From Candidatus Zixiibacteriota bacterium (GTDB taxonomy: Bacteria > Zixibacteria > MSB-5A5 > GN15 > JAAZOE01), in the NCBI GenBank assembly GCA_043819555.1, contig JBDREQ010000020.1:22690-86689 (forward strand): a stretch of DNA of 64,000 nucleotides. The letters are read 5' to 3'. The number at the start of each line of letters is the position of its first letter. Within the stretch, counting starts at the first letter, position 1. Below the pieces are notes generated by a model. It was not told the origin of the DNA, ran no database searches, and was given only the letters and a program-made list of their open reading frames with translations. The translations under genes were made by a program, and so were the position numbers. Shown here piece by piece: positions 1-9,007 of the stretch.

Positions 1-1115
1 ATATCATTCCTGCACAAACTGGGAGCGAGCCTTTTGGCATATGCCAAAGCAAAAGATGATTCCAGGGCTGGGATAATACCTTCAGTAATCGATAGTTCTT
101 TAAATGCTTCCAGCGCTTTTGAGTCTGGAACAGCCTTATAAGATACCCTTCCGGAATCTTTCAACTGGCTGTGCTCAGGACCGACGCCGGGATAATCCAA
201 TCCCGCGGCGATTGAATGAGTCGGCATAACCTGGCCATCTTTGTCCTGTAACAGATAACTAAAACCACCATGGAGAATTCCCGGTTTGCCTTTATTTAAT
301 GTTGCCGCATGAAGATGAGTTGATAGTCCGTTCCCGGCTGATTCAATACCAAACAAGCTGACTTCTCTGTCGTGCACAAATTCATGAAACATCCCAATAG
401 CATTACTTCCGCCTCCGACGCAGGCGACGATTGCATTGGGCAGGCGGCCCGCGATATTCTTTATTTGCTTTTTTGTCTCTCGTCCGATAACCGATTGAAA
501 ATCACGCACCATCAATGGATATGGATGAGGACCGACCGTTGAGCCAATTATATAATATGTCGATGAGACATTGGTGACCCAGTCGCGGATAGCTTCGTTG
601 GTGGCATCTTTCAATGTTTTGCTCCCGGAATCTACCGGCATAACTTTTGCCCCAAGAAGTATTATTCGGTCGACGTTGGGAGATTGGCGTTCCATGTCCT
701 GGCGGCCCATGTATATGGTGCAGTCCATTCCAAACAGGCAACAAACGGTGGCAACCGCGACACCATGCTGTCCCGCGCCGGTTTCCGCGATGATTCTTTT
801 TTTCCCCATCCTTTTTGCCAGAAGACCCTGACCAAGGCAGTTATTTATTTTATGCGCCCCGGTATGCGTCAGATCTTCTCGCTTGAGGTAAATCTTTGCG
901 CCTTTCCATTTGTGGGTGATCCTTTCGGCGAAATACAACGGTGTTGGCCGGCCAGCGTAATTGTGAAGTAAATCATCAAGCTCGTTCTTAAAATCAGAAT
1001 TGCATCTGGCGAGATGATATTGTTCTTCCAAGTGTAGCAGCGCCGCCATCAGCGTCTCGGGCACATATCGTCCCCCAAAACGGCCGAAATATCCTAATTT
1101 GTTTGGTTGTCCCAT
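1..1115 (-). CDS. trpB: Tryptophan synthase beta chain (3' end beyond window edge)
   Basis: Not in the ORF track. Manual translation from ATG at 1115 (GAGGT RBS) gives [22 protein letters not shown]...[15 protein letters not shown] (PLP lysine)...AETGAGQHG...CVGGGSN...[11 protein letters not shown]...EGIIPALES. Overlaps the trpF stop. Confidence 0.97.
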   Translation of the reverse strand, partial: MGQPNKLGYFGRFGGRYVPETLMAALLHLEEQYHLARCNSDFKNELDDLLHNYAGRPTPLYFAERITHKWKGAKIYLKREDLTHTGAHKINNCLGQGLLAKRMGKKRIIAETGAGQHGVAVATVCCLFGMDCTIYMGRQDMERQSPNVDRIILLGAKVMPVDSGSKTLKDATNEAIRDWVTNVSSTYYIIGSTVGPHPYPLMVRDFQSVIGRETKKQIKNIAGRLPNAIVACVGGGSNAIGMFHEFVHDREVSLFGIESAGNGLSTHLHAATLNKGKPGILHGGFSYLLQDKDGQVMPTHSIAAGLDYPGVGPEHSQLKDSGRVSYKAVPDSKALEAFKELSITEGIIPALESSFALAYAKRLAPSLCRND

Positions 1116-1717
1116 GATTGCACCTCACTTATGAATTTCATAATTTTCTCGTGATTCTTTTTTCCCGGTTTATCTTCAACTCCACCGCAAACATCCACGG
1201 CATATGGTTGGGCAATTTCCAATGCCCGGCTTACGTTTTCCGGATTTAATCCTCCGGATAAAACGACGCGACCGTAACGCGAAGCCATTTTGGCGATACT
1301 CCAGTCAAATTGTTTTCCCGTGCCGCCCATTTTTCCCGAATGGTAAGTATCGAGATGAAAATATGAGAGATTGCTGTCCTGAATTAAATCAAGGTCGCTT
1401 TCATCGCGAATTCTGAATGTCTTGATGAAGGGGGCTGGCAAATTTTTAAGAACATCGATATTCATCTCTCCATGAATTTGCGCAGCATCAAGTCGGCAAT
1501 TAATAATTGTATCTGTAATGATGCCAATCGATTCATCAATAAAAACCCCAATTTTGTTAACGAAAGGAGGAAGCGCTTGAATAATATTTTTGGCCTCTTC
1601 ATGACTTATTATTCGAGGGCTATCGGCAAAGATAAATCCCAAAGCATCCGCGCCCGCCAAAACCGCGAACAATGCATCGTCATAATTTGTGATCCCGCAT
1701 ATTTTTATTCTTGTCAT
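1094..1717 (-). CDS. trpF: Phosphoribosylanthranilate isomerase
   Basis: [29 protein letters not shown] and [10 protein letters not shown] motifs; trp operon context. Confidence 0.96.
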   Translation of the reverse strand: MTRIKICGITNYDDALFAVLAGADALGFIFADSPRIISHEEAKNIIQALPPFVNKIGVFIDESIGIITDTIINCRLDAAQIHGEMNIDVLKNLPAPFIKTFRIRDESDLDLIQDSNLSYFHLDTYHSGKMGGTGKQFDWSIAKMASRYGRVVLSGGLNPENVSRALEIAQPYAVDVCGGVEDKPGKKNHEKIMKFISEVQSWDNQTN

Positions 1718-2493
1718 TCCGGCTCTCCCAGAAGTTCATGGATTTTTAGGAATGGATCTTTACTGGTAATTATGCTTTCGCCGATCAGGACGGCATCGAC
1801 GCCATATTCCTGAACTCTGCGCATATCTTCCCGGGTTTTAATTCCGCTTTCGCTGATGCAAACGGCATCGCATGGGATTGCAGGATGAATTTTCTCAACG
1901 GTTTTCAAATTAACCTGAAAAGTTTTGAGATTGCGATTGTTAATTCCAATAATCTCAGGCCTTAAACGCCAGGTTCGGGCGAGTTCCTCTCTGGAATGAA
2001 TTTCAATAATGGTTTCCAGTCCGATTTTATGCGCCAGAGCATGCAAATCATAAAGTTGATCATCGCTCAGAATAGCCGCAATGAGAAGAATGGCGTCGGC
2101 GCCTATTGCGCGGCTTTCCCAGATTTGGCATTCCTCGATTATAAAATCTTTTCTCAAAATTGGAAGAGATGTATTTTCTCTGGCTTTTTTTAAATCATCG
2201 ATGGATCCTGAGAAGAACTGTTCTTCGGTTACAACCGATACCGCCGCCGCTCCAGCATCTTGATAAAGCCTGACAAACCGAGCCACATCCATATTATTGT
2301 TCAATATACCGCGCGACGGCGACCTTCTTTTGATCTCTGCTATCAGAGCGAGTTTTTTGTTTCTTGTTAGATTTATTCGAAAGTTTCTGACTGGATGCAT
2401 ATCCCGAACCGATTTGGCCATGTCATCAATAGCTGAATGATTACTCATTTGATCCAGCAAAATTCTCTTATGTTTGATGATTTGATTAAGCAT
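1714..2493 (-). CDS. trpC: Indole-3-glycerol phosphate synthase
   Basis: LIAEIKRRSPSRG, LRKDFII, GINNRNL and ISESGI motifs. Confidence 0.97.
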   Translation of the reverse strand: MLNQIIKHKRILLDQMSNHSAIDDMAKSVRDMHPVRNFRINLTRNKKLALIAEIKRRSPSRGILNNNMDVARFVRLYQDAGAAAVSVVTEEQFFSGSIDDLKKARENTSLPILRKDFIIEECQIWESRAIGADAILLIAAILSDDQLYDLHALAHKIGLETIIEIHSREELARTWRLRPEIIGINNRNLKTFQVNLKTVEKIHPAIPCDAVCISESGIKTREDMRRVQEYGVDAVLIGESIITSKDPFLKIHELLGEPE

Positions 2494-3508
2494 TGGGGAA
2501 ACTCCTGCTGAAATCTATAAATTCATTTAGTTTCAGTAAGGCTCGGCCGGAATCGATGCATTCTTCGGCCATCCTGATTCCCTCTTTTAAATTGGCTGAT
2601 TTTCCGGCGATGGTCAGGGCTGCCGCCGTGTTAAGCAGGATCGTATCCCGTCGAGGACCTTTTTCGCCTTTCAGGATTTTTAATGTAATAACCGCGTTTT
2701 TTCTTGCGTCGCCTCCGGCCAGTTCTTTTATATTACAAGGGGCAAATCCCAGGGATTGAGGATTCAATTGAAAATGCTGACATGTACCATTATGAGTCAT
2801 GCTGACTTCATTGAGTCCGGCCGTTGTCAATTCATCTATATGGCACCGGCTATAAACGACCATGGCGGACTTTATCCCGATGGCGCGAGCGACATGAACA
2901 ATTTTATCGGTATAGACGCCGTCAAAAACTCCGATTAATTGATGTGTCGCAAAAGCCGGATTGGTTAGAGGGCCCAATAAGTTGAAAACTGTCCTGAATC
3001 CGAGTTCCTTTCTTATGGGTACGACTGCCTTCATTGCCGGGTGCAGCGACGGAGCAAATAAAAACCCGATTCCGATCTCATCTATACTCTGGCCGGATTG
3101 TTCGGGGCTTAAGTCAAGATTGGCTCCCAATTCCTGAAGCAGGTCAGCGCTTCCACATTGGCTGGAAATGGAGCGGTTGCCATGTTTGCCTACGGGAATT
3201 CCGCAGGCGGCGATAACAAAAGATGTCGTCGTGGAAATATTAAACGTCCCTGCCCCATCACCGCCGGTACCGCAATTGTCAAATATCATCTCCTGGTTAT
3301 GAGGAATGCGCAGTGCTCTCTCTCGCATCACTTGCGCAGCCCCCAGGATTTCATCAACGGTTTCTCCTTTGCATCTGAGAGCCGTTAGAAAAGCGGCCGT
3401 ATGAGTTGGAGAAACCTCGCCTGACATTATCTGATATATTACCTCACGACTTTCTTCAGCCGATAGATCCTGATTATCAATGATTTTTTTAATCGCTTCC
3501 TTAATCAT
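2486..3508 (-). CDS. trpD: Anthranilate phosphoribosyltransferase
   Basis: CGTGGDG, TFNIST, KHGNRS, GSADLL and RTVFNLLGPLTNP motifs. Confidence 0.97.
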   Translation of the reverse strand: MIKEAIKKIIDNQDLSAEESREVIYQIMSGEVSPTHTAAFLTALRCKGETVDEILGAAQVMRERALRIPHNQEMIFDNCGTGGDGAGTFNISTTTSFVIAACGIPVGKHGNRSISSQCGSADLLQELGANLDLSPEQSGQSIDEIGIGFLFAPSLHPAMKAVVPIRKELGFRTVFNLLGPLTNPAFATHQLIGVFDGVYTDKIVHVARAIGIKSAMVVYSRCHIDELTTAGLNEVSMTHNGTCQHFQLNPQSLGFAPCNIKELAGGDARKNAVITLKILKGEKGPRRDTILLNTAAALTIAGKSANLKEGIRMAEECIDSGRALLKLNEFIDFSRSFPNA

Positions 3509-3510
3509 AA

Positions 3511-4077
3511 TTACCTCGCGCTGAGAAAATTCGATAACAGATTTTTGCCATAAGGAGTCAGAATTGATTCCGGATGAAACTGTACCCCCACGACCGGTTT
3601 ATCTGAAAGGCGAAGAGCCATAATCTCGCCATCGTCGGTGTGCGCGGTGATATGCAGACAATCAGGAAGCGACTCCTCCCGGACTATCAATGAATGATAC
3701 CGGGTTGCCTCAAAGGGGGAAGGGACACCCAGAAATAAGCCATCACCGGTATGATAAACACTGGATATTTTACCATGCATCAGTATTTCGGCGTTATCAA
3801 TATTCCCGCCAAATGCTTCGGCAAGACATTGATGCCCCAGGCAGACTCCAAGAATTGGCATTTTATCTGAGAAATATTTAATCATATCTACAGAGATGCC
3901 GGCGTCCCGGGGTCGGCCCGGCCCCGGGGAAATCACTAAATGCGTCGGATTGAGATTGATTGCCTGTTCAATAGTAATTTCATTATTGCGGGCAACGTGG
4001 CATTCCCCGCCTAATTCCCCGAAATATTGCACCAGGTTGTAGGTGAATGAATCGTAATTATCGATAATCAAAATCAT
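3511..4077 (-). CDS. trpG: Anthranilate synthase component II (class I glutamine amidotransferase)
   Basis: IDNYDSFTYNL, SPGPG, GVCLGHQ and QFHPES motifs. Confidence 0.96.
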   Translation of the reverse strand: MILIIDNYDSFTYNLVQYFGELGGECHVARNNEITIEQAINLNPTHLVISPGPGRPRDAGISVDMIKYFSDKMPILGVCLGHQCLAEAFGGNIDNAEILMHGKISSVYHTGDGLFLGVPSPFEATRYHSLIVREESLPDCLHITAHTDDGEIMALRLSDKPVVGVQFHPESILTPYGKNLLSNFLSAR

Positions 4078-5507
4078 CAGAGTCCACCTTCTGCGTTCTC
4101 AATCGCCTTTTGGAGGGCCGCGATTTTGTTTTTGGTTTCCAGATACTCCATCTCCGGAATTGAATCGGCAACAATTCCGGCTCCAGCCTGTAGGTAGTAT
4201 TTTTTAACCTTCATTAGAATTGTCCTGATATTGATGCACCAATCCATATCGCCCGACAAGCTGAAATATCCAACCGCGCCGGCATATGGACCCCGCCGGG
4301 TTGTTTCAATATTCTCGATTAATTCCATCGATTTGATCTTGGGAGCTCCGGTCACGGTTCCGGCGGGGAAGGCGGCCTTAAAGAGATCGAATTGATCCAT
4401 ATCCTTTCGCAATTTCCCGGTTATATTGGAGGTCATGTGCATAACATGCGAATATCGTTCGATCGTCATGAATTCATTGACATTGACCGAACCGACGCGG
4501 CAGCATCGTCCCAAATCATTTCTCCCCAGATCAACCAGCATGACATGCTCAGCTCGTTCTTTGGCATCATTGAGTAATTCCTCAGCCATTTTATTATCCT
4601 CCTCGGCAGTATGTCCTCGAGGACGGGTACCGGCGATAGGACGCACCGTCGCTATGCCATTTTCCAGCCTGACCAGCGCCTCCGGAGAAGAACCGATTAG
4701 TTTGACATCATCAAAATCCAAAAAGTACATATAGGGCGAGGGATTGAGCATTCGAAGGGCTCGATAAATCATAAACGGATCGGCATCAGTCTCGCCTTCC
4801 AATCTTTGAGAAATGACCTGCTGGTAAACATCCCCGGCTATGATATGTCTCTGTACTTCGCTAACTGCCCGGCAAAAATCATCTTGCGCAAAATTGGAAG
4901 CAGGTTTTTTACCCATAGCAATATTTCCATTTCCGGATGGATTAGCCAGAGGAGAATGCAGTGCATCTATAACGCTGTCCAGTTTTTCCGCGGCGGCGGA
5001 TTCATTATTGCCTGCTGCCAGACTCAGAACTTTTATAGTTCTCTGAATATGATCAAAAACCAGAAGAGTATCTATCAAATACAGCATCGCCGGAGGTATA
5101 TGAAGGGTATCGCGGGATAAATTCGGAATGTTTTCAAAAAAGCGAATGAAATCATAGCTGATAAATCCAACCGCTCCTCCGAGCAGAGGGGGGCGGTTGT
5201 CAATTTCTTCCACGGAAGAACGATTGAGAATAGAACGAAGGCAACTTAGGGGAGCGTCAGGTTCTATATATGATAAGGATTCACTATTTACCCCGTTTTG
5301 AAGAGACAAGTGATTGTCATAAACAGTAATTTTTGATTCCGGTTTCATTCCGATAAAGGAGTAACGGCCCAGTCTTGTTGCGCCCTCAACGCTCTCCAAA
5401 AGAATTTTCGCTCCAATGGTTTGAAGTTTTAGAAACGCCGAGACCGGTGTTTCCAAATCAGCCGGCATTTCTCGCGATAAAATCTTCAATTTCGTATGTT
5501 CCACCAT
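4077..5507 (-). CDS. trpE: Anthranilate synthase component I
   Basis: LLES, NPSPYM, PIAGTRPRG, KERAEHVMLVDLGRND and AGAGIVADS motifs. Start placed at ATG 5507 (AAGGA upstream), because the track's 5528 start lies at the edge of the attenuator terminator's U-tract. Confidence 0.95.
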   Translation of the reverse strand: MVEHTKLKILSREMPADLETPVSAFLKLQTIGAKILLESVEGATRLGRYSFIGMKPESKITVYDNHLSLQNGVNSESLSYIEPDAPLSCLRSILNRSSVEEIDNRPPLLGGAVGFISYDFIRFFENIPNLSRDTLHIPPAMLYLIDTLLVFDHIQRTIKVLSLAAGNNESAAAEKLDSVIDALHSPLANPSGNGNIAMGKKPASNFAQDDFCRAVSEVQRHIIAGDVYQQVISQRLEGETDADPFMIYRALRMLNPSPYMYFLDFDDVKLIGSSPEALVRLENGIATVRPIAGTRPRGHTAEEDNKMAEELLNDAKERAEHVMLVDLGRNDLGRCCRVGSVNVNEFMTIERYSHVMHMTSNITGKLRKDMDQFDLFKAAFPAGTVTGAPKIKSMELIENIETTRRGPYAGAVGYFSLSGDMDWCINIRTILMKVKKYYLQAGAGIVADSIPEMEYLETKNKIAALQKAIENAEGGL

Positions 5508-5526
5508 TTTATATAAGTCCTTGCAC

Positions 5527-5561
5527 AAAAAAAGCCCGCTATCATCGTTTGATAGCGGGCT
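5527..5561 (-). terminator. Attenuator terminator 2 (trpE-proximal)
   Basis: Minus strand AGCCCGCTATCA-AACGA-TGATAGCGGGCT followed by TTTTTT: a 12-bp perfect stem plus U-tract. Confidence 0.92.
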
Positions 5562-5585
5562 GGAATGCGTTTTTAAAATTAGCTA

Positions 5586-5711
5586 TTAGCTTCCGCTATC
5601 AGGCAAAGTGGCATACCACCACCAGTTAAGACTATAGGAATAGTTAAAGCTGAAGTTGTCTAAGTTGCTTAGTTCGAAGATCCCATAATTTGTGTTAATC
5701 AGATTTTTCAT
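5586..5711 (-). CDS. trpL: trp leader peptide 2 (41 aa)
   Basis: MKNLINTNYGIFELSNLDNFSFNYSYSLNWWWYATLPDSGS*. TGG TGG TGG at 5616-5624. Its segment TGATAGCGG (5593-5601) is complementary to the 5' arm of terminator 2. Confidence 0.85.
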   Translation of the reverse strand: MKNLINTNYGIFELSNLDNFSFNYSYSLNWWWYATLPDSGS

Positions 5712-5721
5712 TTTTCTTTCC

Positions 5722-5758
5722 AAAAAAGAAAAACCCACTATCATTATGATAGTGGGCT
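5722..5758 (-). terminator. Attenuator terminator 1 (promoter-proximal)
   Basis: Minus strand AGCCCACTATCA-TAA-TGATAGTGGGTT followed by TTTCTTTTTT. Confidence 0.9.
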
Positions 5759-5803
5759 CGCCTTGCTTCTTTTGGGGGGGAATCTAAAATAACAACGAAT
5801 CCA

Positions 5804-5896
5804 CTATCTTCCGGTGGTATAATACCACCACCAATAGCGACCGATGTAGTAATCAACTAAAGCTGAACATTTTACGGCCTGATTCATTGTCCTCAT
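5804..5896 (-). CDS. trpL: trp leader peptide 1 (30 aa; alternative ATG at 5887)
   Basis: AAGGAG RBS; MRTMNQAVKCSALVDYYIGRYWWWYYTTGR*. TGG x3 at 5825-5833. GATAGTGG (5801-5808) is complementary to the 5' arm of terminator 1. Confidence 0.88.
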   Translation of the reverse strand: MRTMNQAVKCSALVDYYIGRYWWWYYTTGR

Positions 5897-5911
5897 AAAC
5901 TCCTTGTACTC

Positions 5912-5939
5912 AGTATATCAAAGATCAAGAATTTGTCAA
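5912..5939 (-). promoter_or_regulatory. Sigma70-type promoter of the trp operon
   Basis: TTGACA (5939-5934), 16-nt spacer, TATACT (5917-5912) with an extended -10 TG; lies immediately upstream of leader 1. Confidence 0.75.
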
Positions 5940-6045
5940 GGGAAATTTTGTAACTTATTGAAATGCAACAATTAATTTTTACGGATAATTATAGTCTCGT
6001 TTAGGATAGTACAATCTTTAGATACCGCGTAGCAGGCGGGCAATT

Positions 6046-6861
6046 TTATTTTTCCGCTTCCCCTTCTTCACATGGAAGCACTTCTTCGTAAATTCTTGCT
6101 CCGATTGTACGGCAAATTACCGGATGTTGTATTGATGCCAATTCGCCAAACTTTACTGTTATTTCCAGAGCAATTGTTTCTTGCTCAAAAAGGCTATTGA
6201 CTAACCACGTGAGATACATTTCAACATAATCTTCACGGACAGTACTATCATTTAATGCCTCTATGGCAATGTCAACAGAAGCAATCCAAGTTGCCTTTAA
6301 TTCCGGACTTTCATTGTTTTTAAAATCTCCCAGTATTCGCGCGGCTGCAAAACGAATAGCCCAAAATCTGTGGTTCAGGGCTGGTAGTAAAAACCTGACC
6401 AATCTCTCATCGCCTTTTTGAGCCAATACACTGGCCGCCTCCAATGCAGCCTGGGCAGTATCTGCGATGAGAGATTCCCAATTAATATCAATTGCTTCCC
6501 ACTTTCGAAGCCAGTTTATCCCATCCTCATGATTAAATTGCGATAATAGTTTGGCGGTCTCAAGCTGAACCTTGATTGAAGATGATTCCAAAAAAGGCGG
6601 AATCATTTTCAAAAATGAGGAATCATTATTCTCTTGCAGCCATATTAGAGTATAGGCCTGCGCCCATTCATTTCCGCTGTTTAATGCTCTCGTTAGACTT
6701 TCTGTTGTAGGCTCATATCCAAAACTCAGCAATATATCTTCAGTTGTCGGCAATATTCCTTCATCAGCATACGCGGGAACTGAAAAACATATCATACTCC
6801 AGACAAACGCAGATATCCAAATAAGCGATTTGAAATCTTTCGCGGAAGTCAGAATATTCAT
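6046..6861 (-). CDS. Secreted HEAT-repeat-like protein; candidate immunity or partner protein
   Basis: Signal peptide ending VPAYA. HEAT-like units (ESSSIKVQLETAKLLSQF, NHRFWAIRFAAARILGDF). Start placed at ATG 6861 with AGGA overlapping the upstream stop codon. Confidence 0.6.
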   Translation of the reverse strand: MNILTSAKDFKSLIWISAFVWSMICFSVPAYADEGILPTTEDILLSFGYEPTTESLTRALNSGNEWAQAYTLIWLQENNDSSFLKMIPPFLESSSIKVQLETAKLLSQFNHEDGINWLRKWEAIDINWESLIADTAQAALEAASVLAQKGDERLVRFLLPALNHRFWAIRFAAARILGDFKNNESPELKATWIASVDIAIEALNDSTVREDYVEMYLTWLVNSLFEQETIALEITVKFGELASIQHPVICRTIGARIYEEVLPCEEGEAEK

Positions 6862-6872
6862 ATTAACTAATC

Positions 6873-7337
6873 CTAACAACCGGGCCACTTTGTTTTAAGT
6901 TCGGCAATCAAAGCATCATGCACTTCTTTCTGCTTAGTATAACATTTTGAAGTATTTGGTTGAGTTTCATCGTTGCTCGGTTTAGTATGCGAAGGTCGGT
7001 TTTTCTTAGCTTCTGTAATGGCGTCTTTAAGGAAAGCATCGGCAGCAGCCTTCATTTTGGCCACTGCTTCTTCGGGAGTATCAACTGCCGGTATAACGCA
7101 TGCCGTTTGGAGAGCTTCAATTTTTGGTTCAGCCAGTTCCCACTGCGCATCTAAAACAGTTTTCCATTCTTTTTGGTGCTGGCCTTCGTGCGCTTGTGTC
7201 GCGGCAAGCGACGTATATGTTGATTTGGGGGCACGACCCGGAGGGGGAGCGCCTTTGAATTCCAAATCCTTTACGATCTTTTTGCAATCCGCTTCACTCG
7301 TTACATCGTCCTTACTTTTAATGTCCGTTCGGCCTGT
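6873..7337 (-). CDS. Frameshift-separated C-terminal HExxH domain of the upstream dockerin gene
   Basis: The frame stays open from 7337 (TGRTDIKSKDDVTSEADCKKIVKDLEFKG...AHEGQH...WPGC*), upstream of the track's TTG at 7265, and overlaps the end of the upstream ORF in the -1 frame. Confidence 0.65.
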   Translation of the reverse strand, partial: TGRTDIKSKDDVTSEADCKKIVKDLEFKGAPPPGRAPKSTYTSLAATQAHEGQHQKEWKTVLDAQWELAEPKIEALQTACVIPAVDTPEEAVAKMKAAADAFLKDAITEAKKNRPSHTKPSNDETQPNTSKCYTKQKEVHDALIAELKTKWPGC

Positions 7338-9007
7338 TTACAGACAGAAATCGAATACTTCGCCCTACATTCATCCACCCGCATTTCCCAGTTATCTCCA
7401 TCCAGGCAGCAGGCCTTATATTTGGCGCTTGGCATGTATGCTTCCCAGAGTCCGAAATCGCCACCACAATTCGGAGTTTTGCTGGGAGTTTCCTCATATG
7501 TTACCGCAACATCCGGATTTGGATCACATGCCGGGGCATTGCAGCATACGGCTGAATCAATCAAACAGGGCGCGTCGCCACCCTTAAAAACGAAATTGAT
7601 AACGTACACGGCATCACCGACATTGACAGATCCATCATTATTGGCGTCCCCAGCATACATCGGCTCCGGAGGAGGGCCGCCTTTAAACACATGATTGATA
7701 ACATAGACGGCATCACCGACATTTGTTGAGCCATCTCTATTGGCATCTCCGCAAACAATCGCCTCTGTAAGATTTATTGAGATTCCGCAAATTTCACCTT
7801 CTCCAAGAATGTCCCGCACCTCAATCATAATTTCATGCACCCCGGTGTCGGAAGGCGTTGACTGCCATTCATAAACGCCGGTTGCGGGATCCAGGATTCC
7901 TGGTCCATATAATGTATAAGTAAGTTCATCGCACAATTCGGGCCCAAAAGCATTGAATATGTACTGGATGTACGAACCTGCTTCAGCCTCAATATCTTCG
8001 TAACAGGCATTATCAAACACCGGAGCATAGCTATATATAATCACTTCGGTTGTGAACACATCCGAACAACCGGTGGGATCACAGACCTGATATACAACAC
8101 TGTGAATCCCGATATCCTCTGGCCCCGGTTCCCACTCCCATTCACCGGTGGCAGTATTCATTGTACCCGGTCCTTCAATCAGCTCAAATGTGATTTCATC
8201 TCCCTCAGCATCTTCGCCAAAGAAATCGTAATACATATAACTACAGATATAGCGATTAAGTGTTTCTGGATGATTGGTAACATAAGGGAGAGTATTCGGA
8301 TCGGGGCAGCAAACGTTGGCGAATATATGGAAATTAATATCTATACCCCAATCATCTGCAATAAAACCCCAGATGCTATTCCAATATTCCATTGAACGCC
8401 ACTGCCCGCATGATCCATCGTCTGACATTATTGAAATCGTGTCATTTATCTGATCAATGACCGTATATCCAACATAGAAATCGCCGGTTACGGTAATCGG
8501 TTCGGTAGGAAAAACAGTTGTAAGATAAGGGAAAAAATAAATTTCGGATCCGGGAACATGAATAATTTCTATTAGTTCTCCCGGAAATCCGTATTCATCG
8601 CTATCCCAAATTAATACATTAATCCCATTTCCTGAAACATTAACGCTGCCAGCTTCCCAAAATGCGAAACTAACTGACGTCAATGTGCAAGCATCAAGCG
8701 GCGTAAATCGCATATTAAAGAAATCGTCTCCATAAGCATCAGGAATAGGCCAATAATAATACTCGTTGCAAGTATAATCCAGCCACTCACAATAGGATTT
8801 ATCGCCGACCGCTTGTGATTTTTCCGGCAATGAAATATCCGCCCCCGACAATATCTTCTCTTTGTCGATTAATCGAGGGGTTTTTCCCTGAATAGTATTC
8901 TCTGTCGCGACATTTTCTGAACTGACATCCAAGGCCAGTAACAGCATAAATATGCCGCAGCTTAGAACCGTTATTGTGAAAATAAAAGCACTGACTTTCC
9001 TTTGCAT
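7301..9007 (-). CDS. Secreted or membrane-anchored protein with two Ig/cadherin-like repeats and an internal dockerin; probably frameshifted
   Basis: GGAGG RBS before ATG 9007; hydrophobic N-terminus; repeats GPGTMNTATGEWEWEP and GPGILDPATGVYEWQS; dockerin at 7565-7753. Confidence 0.8.
   Translation of the reverse strand: MQRKVSAFIFTITVLSCGIFMLLLALDVSSENVATENTIQGKTPRLIDKEKILSGADISLPEKSQAVGDKSYCEWLDYTCNEYYYWPIPDAYGDDFFNMRFTPLDACTLTSVSFAFWEAGSVNVSGNGINVLIWDSDEYGFPGELIEIIHVPGSEIYFFPYLTTVFPTEPITVTGDFYVGYTVIDQINDTISIMSDDGSCGQWRSMEYWNSIWGFIADDWGIDINFHIFANVCCPDPNTLPYVTNHPETLNRYICSYMYYDFFGEDAEGDEITFELIEGPGTMNTATGEWEWEPGPEDIGIHSVVYQVCDPTGCSDVFTTEVIIYSYAPVFDNACYEDIEAEAGSYIQYIFNAFGPELCDELTYTLYGPGILDPATGVYEWQSTPSDTGVHEIMIEVRDILGEGEICGISINLTEAIVCGDANRDGSTNVGDAVYVINHVFKGGPPPEPMYAGDANNDGSVNVGDAVYVINFVFKGGDAPCLIDSAVCCNAPACDPNPDVAVTYEETPSKTPNCGGDFGLWEAYMPSAKYKACCLDGDNWEMRVDECRAKYSISVCKQAERTLKVRTM

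Noticed and set aside
502-971. Short ORFs listed by the track at the window start
   Set aside because: Alternate-frame or antisense shadows of trpB, which the track missed because its stop is outside the window
5527-5840. Leader repeats as a CRISPR remnant, T-box or assembly duplication
   Set aside because: Only two short diverged units; no T-box motif (GGTGG followed by ACC at the canonical spacing) in a non-coding antiterminator; the GGTGG runs are in-frame Trp codons; compensatory differences exclude a mis-assembled repeat
7301-7345. Programmed -1 ribosomal frameshift
   Set aside because: No in-frame canonical slippery heptamer or clear stimulator; kept only as a mutation or assembly indel
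6973-7587. 204-aa plus-strand ORF across the frameshift region
   Set aside because: Antisense shadow with no RBS or motif; the minus strand explains the region better
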